Shown here one piece after another: positions 23,183-35,763 of a stretch of DNA of 64,000 bases; position 1 is the stretch's first letter; every line of letters begins with the position of its first letter. The notes beneath the pieces were generated by a model, which did not search any database, was not told the DNA's origin, and worked only from the letters and a program-made list of their open reading frames with translations. The DNA comes from Fistulifera solaris. Its lineage: Eukaryota. The stretch spans positions 1 through 64,000 of the forward strand of contig AP026158.1 in the NCBI GenBank assembly GCA_030295235.1, written 5' to 3'. Position numbers and translations under genes: made by a program.

Positions 23183-23887
23183 TTATCGATACGCCGATCG
23201 ATCGTACTGCGGACCATAATCCATAAACAGTTCTTCTCCCGCCACGACATCTCGTTCGAGGCGTAGCACAACTATGCGTTCGTTCAAGACTTCATCCGTC
23301 ACGACATTCACATCCTTTCCTTTGGGCGGTTCATTGATGCGACACAATGTCGTAGCCACACGAAAGAGAAAGGGCGCGGTGGGGCTGCGGCAAAAGTCGT
23401 CTAGCGTTCCGACGCCATTGGTCGGATCAATCAATGCCGAATTATCGGAAAATCTCCATATATACGTTTGACATTCGGGATATTGATTCGCCTTTTGTTG
23501 CACTCGAGGATCATTCAACGAAATGACAAGCCCAGGATATGTGCCTAGAACCGTGCCAGCGCGCAAATCTTGTGTCACAAACAATCCCAAGCCCGCGACG
23601 GCGCTTGGACGCACTTCCAGTAAAGATTCGGGGGCGAGCAGGGTTCCTCGTGGTCGATCGAGAAGAGCAACTAAACTAGCGTACGTGAAAAGACCCGTTC
23701 CCAAGCGCAACGACCAAGCCACCATGGGGTCATTGTACCAATTCGATGAAGACGGCGTCAAGGAAACAACAAGTCTCGATCGTTTCGAGCAGAATGATGA
23801 TTGGCGAAAAACGGAGAAGGAAAATACAATTGTGGGCCAAAGAAGGAGAAGGCAAAGAAGACGACGACTAGAGAAAAGCGTCGTCAT
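23183..23887 (-). CDS. SET-domain methyltransferase with putative plastid presequence
   Basis: VRPSAVAGLGLFVTQDL..GTVLGTYPG; RINEP..VNV; RDVVAGEELFMDYG..Y. N-terminal signal peptide ending VFS-FSV. Confidence 0.85.
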   Translation of the reverse strand: MTTLFSSRRLLCLLLLWPTIVFSFSVFRQSSFCSKRSRLVVSLTPSSSNWYNDPMVAWSLRLGTGLFTYASLVALLDRPRGTLLAPESLLEVRPSAVAGLGLFVTQDLRAGTVLGTYPGLVISLNDPRVQQKANQYPECQTYIWRFSDNSALIDPTNGVGTLDDFCRSPTAPFLFRVATTLCRINEPPKGKDVNVVTDEVLNERIVVLRLERDVVAGEELFMDYGPQYDRSAYR

Positions 23888-24100
23888 TTTGGCGATGTGT
23901 CAATATTTCACTCTGGCTAAGGCGGAGGCGAGCGTTCGAAGCTATCTCGTCTTAATTATTATCAGTGTAGTAACAATGGTGATAACAAGTGCTGCGCGAT
24001 GAGGAAAACCAAGTAAGTCATTTATGGTGAATAGCACCATGATGATTATTTGCTTTCTAACGCAACTGCGGATGAACGGAAACAAGAAACGAGAAACAAG

Positions 24101-24378
24101 ACACATTTTCTGGGTACTCTAGTACGTAAACAGATCACATCCCATCTTACAACGGGCGTCAAAACATCACACACCCAGATTTTCTGGGGACGTGAAGACA
24201 CCATACTACTCCCAGCCCTCTCTCTACAAAGTACTCTCTCTCTCTAAGAGAGATTCTTCTCTGGGGCGTGAAGACACACTCCCAAATTATCTGGGCACTC
24301 TCTAGAAAATACTAAACACAGATTTTCTGGCTACTTAGCTCGTGAAGTCACCACACGCCCAGATTATTATTTTCTGTG
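24101..24378. repeat. Degenerate minisatellite with palindromic core CCCAGATTTTCTGGG (locus A)
   Basis: Cores at ~24101, 24174, 24281, 24317 and 24358, with linkers GTGAAGACAC(CA)CACT; same family as 60769-60936. Confidence 0.75.
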
Positions 24379-24729
24379 CAAACCTTCGTTCATTCTGCAA
24401 GGTTGATGAGTTCTGTTTGTATTTCTCGCATGCAAAAGCCTACATCTGATTTTGCAAAGCTTTCCTTACGTCATGATGCCGAAAGCCTCTAGGAGTGTTC
24501 GCTTCCGTGTTTACTTTAGACCTGAAGTGCTGTCTTGGGTAGCAGAACAGCGACACTGCCCCAAAACAAGAGGGGGAAAGATCAGTGGTGCTCTGTTGTG
24601 AAAGACACGACGATTTCACTTCCCCAGTCTCGTCCTTCTCACGAGCAAAAATATACTCCGGGCTTGAATTGAGTCTACACGCGTGAGGAAGAAATACGAG
24701 ATACTTTGACGGTGAAGGTGCTAATTATT

Positions 24730-27700
24730 TTACGCTTCATTTCGGCTCAAATCGGATTTTGTTCCGTACTTCGTGTGCGCAGCTTCAATCATGCCGGCAA
24801 CAACCTCCATGCCTCTCGATTCCCACTCTTGTCGGTTCTTTTCAGCGTAATTCAAGTACTCATCGCTGGAAACACCAAAGACACCGCAATCTTTCAATTT
24901 CTTCGCCAGAGGGATTATGTAAAAATCGAAGAAACCGATCTCTCCCTTGTACCAGTTTTCAGAAGGATCAGTCGCGGACCTGCCTTGAATATAGGCCATG
25001 TACATTTCTTCAAACAATCTCTGATTCCACTTTCTGTAAATGTGCCAGTGTTGCATTGTGTGAGCGACATCAGAGGCCTGGATCAAGTGCTCGATGACAA
25101 TGGTGGCTTTGCGGTCGACAGCATCTTTCGGCGATTCCTCGGCACTATTGCCACTAAAAGCTTTTTCCCAACGCTTGTTTCGAAGACACTTGAGATCCTT
25201 GTCCATGATATCAGTCGCCATGACGGAGTTGACAACAAGTTGACTGAACCTGACACGATCGCTCTCATTTGGGCATATGGTAAGCCACAGGTCCCTAAAG
25301 TTGTTGTCTTGAAGCAACTCCCACGACAAATCGACCGAGTTTTGTTCGGCAACACTCTTGTCCTTGTAAAACCTTGCAAGCTGGGGGTTTTCCTCGATGA
25401 GTTGTGCGTTTGGAACACCAGGATGGTCTACATCATGAATCAAAGCCGAAAGTACGCACGCAAACTGCGTGAGCGGGTCAGATGTGATACCGTACGTGTA
25501 ATCATGCAAAGCAGATTCAAGATCACTAGTCATGGCTTCCACATCAGGGGGCGACAATGCGAGACAGAAGTTTGACAACGGACATTGTCACATGTGAAGC
25601 GTGCTCGAAATTGTGGAATGGATTGTTGTGATACATGGAGGCGATAGCGGCAACATACTCTTTTAGCTGCGCCAAAACAACATTGCTGAGTTCTTCCTCT
25701 TTCACTTCCGCACCCACACCTTGCTTAAATACTGGCATGCGGATAATCTCTTGAACTTCTTCCAATGGGGTGGTTGTCATCTTGGTGAAGCTCATCTGTC
25801 GGACCGATTCTTGAGTGGTCAACAGAAATTTGCGTCGGGCAATTACTTTCTTTAGCATTGATGCGAGGGACTTCCACAATCCACTTGACGAGGGCGTTCT
25901 GTTTTTTCTCCCATCACCTGAGTCATCATTTCATTGGATGCTTCAGGAAGCATAACCTCACCTAAACCGCAGGAAGTTTCGGTTTCGGCTTCGACGCCGT
26001 ATCACTTCGAGTCCTGTCTGAGGCTTTGGTTGTGACAAGCCAGTATGTTTGCAGCTCGCCCTTTCCTTTAGCCACAACCTTCTCGTCACGTGGAATCACC
26101 CAGTGTTCTTTGCCCGCCGCGATTAAAAGCCGTGCAGTTTCCTGTGAAATGTGAATCTTGCCGGGGAGCCCATTCGATTCCATTCTGCTCGCTGTGTTCA
26201 TCGTGTCGCCAAACAATTGGAATCGCGAACGCTCACCGCTAGCACACCTGCTGTCACCGGGCCGCTGTGCAAGCCAACGCGCATTTGAAGATCTGTTGTA
26301 TCTGGACCAAGAATTACCTCCAGCTTTTTTCGTCCAGCGTTCATCTTCTGCACGCAATCCACAGCAAAGCGGCACATGGCAACAGCGTGGTCCTTTCGAG
26401 GATCGGGTAGACCAGTCACAGCAACATAACAATCCCCCACCGTCTCGACCTTGAAAACTCGACGGGCTTTGGCAATGTCGTCCATGGCCTTGTAGATAGT
26501 CTCAAGCAAGATAAACACTTACGGCTCTCGCATGGAGCTCCAAGCTGTGAACCCTGCCAGATCTGAATTTGAGAAAGGCATGTAAGAGTCTAGCTACCAG
26601 AATGTTGCTAATCTTGGTCGCTTTGCCTCTTTGAACCACGAGTGCTTACCTGCAAATAGAACTGTGGTTTCTGGAAACAAATCAGCGATGGGTTTTGTCT
26701 TGTACATGTACTCGTCGTTTTCATCATCCATTTCATTATCGTCATTTCCACTTGACAAAAAGGTCTTCAGGCGACTCTTACCATTGAGTGCTTTCTTTTC
26801 TTCACTCTCATTTTTGGCTTGGGCTGAAAATGCGGTCGCCGGACATTGGAAGGGAACATTGATGAAACGATTGCGTTGGTTCGGGTCATCGCAATCAATA
26901 ACTTGTGGTTTCGTCCGAATGACGAAAGTGTCGAACATGAGAAATGCAGTTATCATGAATATGAATGCAAACACAAGCATGGTGGTGGTTTGGACTGCAT
27001 TCGACGAGCTGTACCGGTTTTCAAACTCTTTGCTTGGATAAACGTGAAGATAATAGAGACAGTGTCCTTTAACAGCTGTCAATTCATCCTCGGTGAAATC
27101 ATCTGTGACCTGATAAAAAGGAATTATGGTTTCCATGTGATCGTAACAGGCATCGTGCATGTCCCCCGATGCCTACGTAATTTACCTATTGAGAGAAAAG
27201 ACAGTATGAAAGAGAAAGCTTACAGTGTAAGAAAAGCAAGTCGTCGGGGGCAGCTATTGTAACCCATTGAATATTGCGTACCGATTTTCCTTCCACAGTA
27301 TAAGTGAAAGACTGGTTACAGCTGTTCTTCAGAACCGCCCGTGATTCCGGAAATGCCCTCGGGGAGCAAATTTACTAGGTTCGCATCCCAAAGAACAAAG
27401 AGAAAACCTTGCCAACAATTTTGTCGGTTTTCGGTTCAAACAAGTTGTCATATACCCGGGTGAGCAAGGGCACCGTATGGAGGAGAGTTTGCTTGATCAG
27501 GGCGGAGGAGCAAGCACTTCCGACATTAATGCCCTTCGGAACTTTTCAATTGCCTCGTTAGTTGCATCTGCTCTGAAAGCGTAAGCGTCGACATTGATGA
27601 AGTATGAGTCGAAGAAGGAGGAGAGCCTTGCCAACGTGGGGAATAAGGGCCCGGACCAGCTGGCATTCCTGGGAACGGGTTAACAATCGAGTAGTCGGTA

Positions 27701-28377
27701 TCTGACAGATTGAACATTTCGATTGTGAAATTGTGTCCCGGCTCATCGAGATAAAGAGCGATCTTTGTACCACCCAATATGTTCGTTGGCTGTAGGTCGC
27801 AAATGCATCATACTTCTCACCACTAATAATCGGACACCAAGTGATATCAAAAATACCTGACATCTCCCTAGCTTGGCGACCCACGACTTCAAACAAGTCA
27901 ACCGTCACGAAAGGGTATGTTTGGTTCTTTTCGGTTGCAGATTTCATTACTTGCCCGGCAACCATTTCACCTGCACTGAAGATTTCGCGAACCTGAGATT
28001 CGACGGCATTTTCTATGGCTGCTGCGTAAAATACATACTGTGCGAAGATAGGGACGAGTTGTTGTGAGTAAGGGGTGGTAAACAATGATCATCGTGAGTG
28101 AAGCGATACTTACGCTATCTTCAAATTCATCCACATCTTGAGCTTCCAGGAGACGAAACGTGATAGTCGACACCACCACAGAAACTGCTATTAAGATAAG
28201 CAAGGTGAAAATTCTCCACAATTGGACTTGTCTTGTCTCACGTGCAGTGATTTTTGCGACAGCTTCTTCTTCAGCCTTCTCCTGTTCAATGGCGTCCGCA
28301 CTCTGCCGAAGTTCCTCCGTCCGAAGTCGACTCGCGTTCGTCAACGCTCTCCAAGAGTGATCGTCCGCTTTACTCAT
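24730..28377 (-). CDS. Membrane class III nucleotidyl cyclase fused to a class I phosphodiesterase domain
   Basis: TM-extracellular-TM, then ADLFPETTVLFA|DLAGFTAWSS, FKVETVGDCYVAVTGLP, MRVGLHSGPVTAGV, RFQLFGDTMNTASRMES, then PDE FHNFEHASHV, HDVDHPG, ATD, ASDVAH. Introns include 28038-28113 and ~26563-26650; several frameshifts. Confidence 0.9.
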
Positions 28378-30002
28378 GTTGTTGTTTATGGTGTTGTCGC
28401 TGCTTGGCCTATGTTATCGTATCTTTTAAAAATTGTGATGACTGCTTCGGCTGATTTGGCCCCGCTTGCAAGGTACCTTTTACGATGTTTTCTTCAACTC
28501 TCCGCAAACTCGGGCCATTTCGTGTAAGTCCTCCGTCAACACCAGTCAAAAGTCAGTGGATAGTGTAGCAGTTTTTGTCTTGGGGCTTTGGGGAACCTTG
28601 TTGGCATGCTTTTTGCTAACGTCCGATGCAGGAAAGTAGAGAACTGCAGGAACCTACGGATAAGTAGATGAGTAGAAAGTAGTAGGTCGGTCACGAAATT
28701 GCACAGGTATTACTAAAAACAGTTACTTCTTATACTGTAGGCGCTGACAAATTTCCAATTTTCCCTATTCCATGACATTCTCTGCCTTTTGCTGTGGGCC
28801 GTGGATCGTGGATCGTGGATAGCGGATACCTTCTGATCCTTTTGCCCTTTGCCGTTGTTTCTCGTGTCATCGGTTATCGGTTTTCGGTGAATTAGATTGT
28901 AGGGAAGCGCGAGCGCGGTTTGGCCATAAGGTATTACCAGTAGGCTTTAGGCAAAACGCAGTGCGAGCGGCAAGACATAAAAAAATAACATGATAGCCTT
29001 GGGACTTGGGACCTGGGACTGGGACCTGGGATCCATTGTACATTGTACAGACTCCTATGGTCAAACGCGCGAGGGGCACTTAAGTCTAACCTCTAACTCA
29101 AACCTTGGTCCTGTTTCGCGGCGAAGTGCGGATACTTAATGACCCAAATTTTTCAGGATTCCGGATTTCGGATTTCGGCGGCCAAGTTCCGACGTGCACA
29201 GTTCACAGAATTCACTTGTGACCGAATGACGTAAGACGTATGACGTACGGGTAGGACTTGAAAAGCCTCGGTTCTCGTTGTCGGTTCTCGATTGTCGGTG
29301 GTCGGATGTCCGTTGCTAAATAATTTACTCCGTAAAAATAGCCAACTTCTTGTACCAGTACTCGGTGCTAGAGGAGCAATGAAGCAAGGAGCAATGCAAT
29401 GTGCAACGACCAAGTGAACACGTGAATCGCAACGTTCAGCTTTTATGCAATTAGAACGTGAAGAGTGAAGACTAACAAATTGCGCGGCAGATTTAGCTGA
29501 ATCTTATGACCAATAACAAGTTATTTCCGCTGAAAGAAGTACCGGTAACCAGTAGTGCTCGAAATCACTGAAACGATGCCTGGTGGAGCGATAGAAGGAC
29601 GGACGATAATTTGGTGGCGGACGTCCGTCAGACCGGACAAGAAAGGGCGCCAACATTGCGACTCATAGTCAAGCGTTCATTATGGCCTGAAAAGTAGACC
29701 TTTTCGACGGACTGCCATTGCATGGCATGAGCATGAGCGAGGAAACAGCCCCTTTGGCGATGGATCCTCTCGTCGTGTGTCGTGTGTGATGTTTCTATTC
29801 TTTCACTCTTCATTCGTTTCCTTTGGTAATTCTATTGTTGTTATTTTAACAGATAAACAAGTTCCCTGTCAAAGAAAACGAGAAGACGATCGTATACTTT
29901 CAATTTCAGCTGAATTATCTGTGGTTGTTTACTTTGTAGTGACCCCCAGACACACGCACCTTTACACGCATCATATCATTCTTTCAGCGGATTCACAAGA
30001 GA

Positions 30003-33000
30003 ATGAAATTCACATTCTACGCCGTTCAAGCACTCTCTGTTGTGGGTGTTGTGTGTGCTTTTCATACGTCGCTGAAAGTCTATCACCACCATGCAAGAAA
30101 ACATGCTTTTGTTACTCAACGTCACATGATAGGAGGACGCTCGTATCTCGATTCCTTGCAGTCTCCTCAGGATAACGACAACCAACAGGAAAGTAACGAC
30201 AGCAGGACAGGGTACAGCAATTGTCAGGACCCCTCTAGAGATCCGCTGGCTTCGACTTTTCGTCTTGGAGAAACGTCGCCCGTATCAGCCGATCATTCTC
30301 TTTCACGAGAGAAGCTGGCGTGGACAAACGTACTAGACGAACTGGAGCAGGAAACGGAAATGAATCTCTTTCATGAAACATCGATGGAGAAACTGCGAGA
30401 ACAATTCGAGCCTATTTTAGTCGGTAATGAGAAAGAAGGAACGGGAATGACCACGACCATGATGAGTAGCCCGCCGCCGTCATTCAACAACAACAATAAC
30501 AATAGACCGCGCAATCCTCGATCGTTTGGTGGAGACAACAATGGGCCTAGTCGAAATAACAATGGGCCACCCCCGAACTGGGAACCAAGAGGAAACACCG
30601 GTCCTTCCAGTAATAGCAACAACAATAACGGACCGCCGCCGGGCTGGGAACCACGAGGAGGTCCATCGAGAAATATGAACAATGGGCCGCCGTCCGATGC
30701 ACGACGGCCCAATAATGCTGGTAGTAATGCTATGCAGGGTGGCTGGAATCCAGAAGCAGGGCCCAAAGAGAAAGAAGTCGATCCCATGGCAGCCTATTTA
30801 GCAGCCGTGGGGCAAATGAAGCCTGCGTCGCCATCGGATATTCGTCGCAACGAAGGAACATCAACGAATAATAACACCAATCCTCCGCGTACTATGCAAC
30901 CGCAAGGCATGCAAACATCTCCTTCTTCAGTTCGAAACAATAACAACGATGGCCTCCCTAGTTCCTTCGTGTCGCCGCCGCCGAATGATATGTCCGGTTT
31001 GGGTCGGCGACCCACGGAAAATGCCGCCTGCTCGAAATGACGGGCCTCCTCGTTCCTTCTCTGCTCCACAATCAAACAATGTACAAGCACGACTCATGGA
31101 GAAGCCACCAGCTCGTAACGATGATCCAACTCGTTCCTTCTCGCCGCCTCCGCCAATCGATACGGGTCGTAGGTCGATGGAAATGCCCCCAGCTCGAAAC
31201 GACGGCTCTTCTCAGTCATTCTCTGTTCAACCAACATACAATATGCCCGAATCAGCTCGAAGACCCATAGAAATGCCTCCAGCTCGTAACTTTTCTCCGC
31301 CTCCAACAAACAACAACATGCCACCGCCCGGACCGGATCGACGACCGATAGAAACGCCTTCATCGCGCAATATGCCGCCAGCATCCGCTGAAAGGCCCAT
31401 GGCGGCTCGAAATGATGCTCAATCTCGCTCATTCCCACAGCCGCCTTCGGAAGTAACGACTCGACGACCCATGGAGATGCCAACGGCTCGGAGGGAAGGC
31501 AGAACTGATCCCCCGTCTAATCAGAAAAGCTTTGCACCACGACCTCCGACGGAAAAGCCGTTCTTTGCGACGGACAAGCTCGATAAGCAAATCGACAACG
31601 CGGTTTCCAATGCAATGAATGCCGTTAAGGGGACCGATGGACGAAATAATATGGATTCAAACAGCGATTTGAAAAAGGAAAAGACACTTTCTCAGGAGAG
31701 TTTGCTACAAGATATCAATGAATCGAAGGAAAAGCTGTCTGGCGAATGGAAAGATCTGATGAAATCCTTTACAGAACCGTTTACAACCATTCTCCCAGCT
31801 CCAAAGCAATTTGAACAGCCTCCTCCACCAAAGTATCAGGTCAAGGGTATGACGGAGCGTATTATGAAACGCATTCCAACTGAGCGACAAGCCTCGGGGG
31901 CTGGAGGTTCTTCGTCGTGGGAAGCTTTTCAAAGAGCTGAGAAATTATGGTCGCAACTGAAAGAATTCCAGCCATTCACGTACGACGCAAAGTACATGGG
32001 AAGACCGGACCGCAATGGCAATCCTCCACCACAAATGTTTGTTTACCAAGATATTGCCATGGGAAATCCAGCTTGTTGGTTGAAATTAAGGGAGCAGTAT
32101 GAAAAAGAGCTTGATTTTGATGTGGTAGTGTGCGGCGGCACGTTGGGTATTTTCTTCGCTACCGCATTGCAACTTCACGGCCACAATGTTTGCGTTGTAG
32201 AAGCAGGTGAATTGCGCGGGAGAGAACAGGAATGGAACTTGAGCTTTGATGAGCTTTATGAGCTTGTGGAAATAGGTGTTTTGACGGAACAAGATGTTGA
32301 TGACGCCATTCAGACTGACTTCCCTGGGTGCCGATCCGGATTTAAAAACAAAGAAATTACACCTTTAGGGGGCGGCTACATGGACAACCAAGTGGGGTTT
32401 GAGTGTTTTACGGAAGATGTGCTGAACCTCGGGGTTGCTCCGACCATATTGCTGCAACGCTCAGCCAAGACATTCGTCGAAAATGGCGGTGTCATTAAAG
32501 AGCGTACCCGTATGTCTGGAGTTGCTATTTCAGAACTGATTGGTGCGGCCGTAGATATTGGAGAAGATAAGGAGCCAATCACCGCTCGGTTGATTATCGA
32601 TTGTATGGGTAACGGAAGTCCAATATCCAGACAACAGCGTCACGGGCAAAAACCGGATGGCGTGTGTGTCGTTGTTGGATCCTGCGCGTCTGGATATGAT
32701 GCCAAGACGAACGTTATCGGCGATCTAATCTACACGAATCAGGTCATTACTGATAAGGGTCAGAATGGTAGACAGCAGTATTTTTGGGAAGCCTTCCCTG
32801 TCGGTATCGGTCGAAATGGCAAAAAACCTGGAACAAGCGATGTCAAGACGACGTACATGTTCACGTACTTGGATGCTGATTCAAGTAGACCTTCGTTGGA
32901 GTCTATCATGGAAGATTATTGGTCGTTGCTCCCTATTTATCAACCTTCGTTTCGAAACCCTGAAGAAGACCTCGATTTCAGGAGAGTATTATTCGCATAT

Positions 33001-33651
33001 TTCCCAACATATCGCGACTCGCCCCTCAAACCTCAATGGAACCGAATTCTCGCCGTTGGGGACGCGTCGGGAATTCAAAGCCCACTCAGTTTCGGTGGGT
33101 TTGGTGCGCTGACAAGACATCTTTCTCGTATCACCGGGGCTGTTACTGAAGCTCTCGAACTGGATTTGCTTCACAAAGATGACCTAGGTGCCATCAATCC
33201 GTATACACCTAACTTAAGTGCAACGTGGATGTTTCAAAAAGCGATGTCGGTCAAGCCTGGCCAGAAGACCGAAGCCGATTTCGTCAATCGCCTTTTGGCA
33301 GTTAACTTCGAAGTAATGGATCAAATGGGAAAGCGGACCATCAAACCATTCCTACAGGATGTCGTGCGATTTGATGGTTTAGTGAGCTCTCTTGGAAGAT
33401 GCTTTATCGCTGATCCGACATTTATGCCCAAAATAATTGCACATGTTGGTCTACCACAGCTCGTTGATTGGGTCGGACATGTTTCGATGATGGGAATATA
33501 TACTGCTCTCCACAATGTTGGAACTCCCATCGTGAAACCTGTTGTTCGAAAATACGTCAAGGATGAACGGCAGCAATATTTGTGGAGACGCCGGATGGAA
33601 GCATGGGAATATGGCAGCGGAAGCGACTACGAGCTGCCCAGGGAGAACTAG
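30003..33651 (+). CDS. cruP: CruA/CruP-type lycopene cyclase family FAD protein with ~600-aa low-complexity N-terminal extension
   Basis: Presequence VVCA-FHTS; DFDVVVCGGTLG, LRGREQEWN, QYFWEAFP, GDASGIQSPLSFGGFG. A single extra A at ~31018-31021 separates ORFs 30003 and 30949. Confidence 0.85.
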
Positions 33652-33782
33652 GATCTTTTTCAGCTTTATGTTCTTGTTAATGGGCGTGCAGTGTATTTGC
33701 GTAGAACTATCTTTTTAACAATATTGCTATGTATATCATGGAAGTCTGCCGGTCATTACCGATTGCGTAATTGCTGTATGTT

Positions 33783-35763
33783 TTATTGGTAGTCGATGGT
33801 GATGTTGTCAAATCCTCGAGCTAGAGTCATTTTCCACATTCGGTCGACTTGCTCTTGGTCAATGTCGCCAACTTCGTGTGTCTCTCGTCCTTCAACCGTA
33901 TTCAACAAACAACCAAAATGACAAGGGACAATATGGTTCTCATCCGTGCTCATGCATACGTCGTAGGGTCCTTTCAAAAGGGGTTGTTTGGTCCGGTCTT
34001 GAGTAAACCAATGCGAATGTGTTGCACGTTCTCCGGTCGCTGATTGATAGCGGCGACTGGCATAGCAGGGACCGTGTAATCTAGCACGTAACGCGTGCGA
34101 ATTGATTTCTTGCCTTTTAGGGCTTTCGAATACATTGCATTCGAGAGAATTTTGCCGACAAGCACAATCTTGTAGTCCGCCATTTCACTCAAATCGGAGG
34201 AATACGAAATGTTGGGATGCTCCAGCACCACATTGCGAGAGAATATTCGAATCTTCAACTTGGGATTGTCTCTCACTAGTTTCTCACACACGGCCGTTCC
34301 GATCTTGCCACCCGCGCCAATGTAATAAAACTCCTGCAGGTTGGGAATATCCAACATCTGATTGTACACGGAAGCCACGGTCATAGTATCGCCCGTCCAA
34401 ATCTTGATGTTCTTGTCTTTGAGGTACTCATCTTGCTCTACCAATTTGACCATCTCTAGCCCTCCGTCGTTAAGTTGTTTCATTTTGTTCAGATTTCCGA
34501 GACCAAAATACCTTGTTCCGTGTTTCTGATGTTCCGTGCGCATCAGCTTGATCATGTCTTGATTGATCGCATCGTAGCTTTCCGGAGTCATGTAATCGAC
34601 TGGAGTACGAAGCAGACAAATGATTCGACCGACGTAGTCATTGGCGATACAGAATCGTGAACAATAGTAGAACTGACAGACCAAGCCGGTGATGTGTCGA
34701 ATGGCGTGCATGATAAGGAACTCAATACGTAGCGGAAGATAGATTTTGTATTGACTGTAGGCATTGTAGAGATTGAGTTCAGGGATGGTAAGGAAGTGAC
34801 CGAGTCCACCATTGTGTCCAATAAAGACAAAATCTTGTTGCTTGGCGGGTAACATGGCCGGAGCCGGCTTTTCGTAATGACGAGCGGTCCCAAAGATATA
34901 GTCCCAAATCGGCATAAAGAGCGCATAGTTAGCATTGAAGTATGCGTGATGACCCAAATGAAATTCGGGCGTGTAGAAGAGATACTTCAAAGGAGAGTAC
35001 TTGTGCGTGAAGATGGGATTTCTCACCCGCACATTCGTGTGCCCCCACATGTTAATAACATCAAAGGACACGAGATAAACTCCAATCGCCACCCAGTGCT
35101 GCCGTCCTTGCAACAAGAAGGGTGCAAAGAACGCCGGACCGAAGGTCGCAACGTACACAAAGTGTTCGTGAAAGTTTTGCACCAAAGACGTGGTAGGCAA
35201 AGTCCGAATCGAAAGATGATGAAAACCGTGCATCTTCTTCATGATTTCGGGAACATGCAGCCACCGATGCACAAAGTAGTAGGCTGGTTCGATAAACACG
35301 ACGTGTGCTAGCATCGTTTCCTTGATGCAAGAAGAAATAACGGAAGCATCGGAAAAGAACATGGACGGAAAGATGACTTGCAAAGCGACTTGAGTGTACA
35401 TGTGCAAGATAAAGGCCGTCAAATACTCATCTTTCTCGCGTTGCAACTGTTTTTGTGTCAACTTGTTCAAGTAATTGTCTTTATCGACGAGTTGATAATG
35501 CAACGACAAGACAATATGCGTCACCAAAATGCGTGTAATTGCAATCGCATAAATCGACCAAATCGGAGTGACTTTATAGAACAGCAAAGGTCCCAAGAAA
35601 ATCAGCCAATCCCATTCTGTGTTGCGTTTGTGATCCGAATGCGTCGGAGCCAATGCTTTTGCGCTTTCTACGCTGACTTCGACAGAAGCGACAGAAGAAG
35701 AAGAAGACGTTGATGCAGTCGACGAAGTCGAACTTTTCTTTTCACTTCGGGTCGTTGACACAT
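33783..35763 (-). CDS. CER1/CER3 (ECERIFERUM/WAX2)-like protein: fatty acid hydroxylase domain plus WAX2 C-terminal domain
   Basis: His boxes YYFVHRWLH, HGFHH, WGHTN and TPEFHLGHH; ANYALFMPIWDYIFGT; DFVFIGH; LGNLNKMKQLNDGG; GDTMTVASV; GAGGKIG; PCHFG..EG..HEVG.ID..W....GF. Frameshift ~33975. Start ATG 35763 (MCQRP) assumes a homopolymer indel ~35735. Confidence 0.85.

Noticed and set aside
24706..25575. 289-aa plus-strand ORF
   Set aside because: Antisense shadow of the PDE domain; no motifs.
30003..35763. Biosynthetic gene cluster (CruP plus CER1/3)
   Set aside because: Only adjacency: the genes are convergent, have different predicted compartments and share no known pathway.
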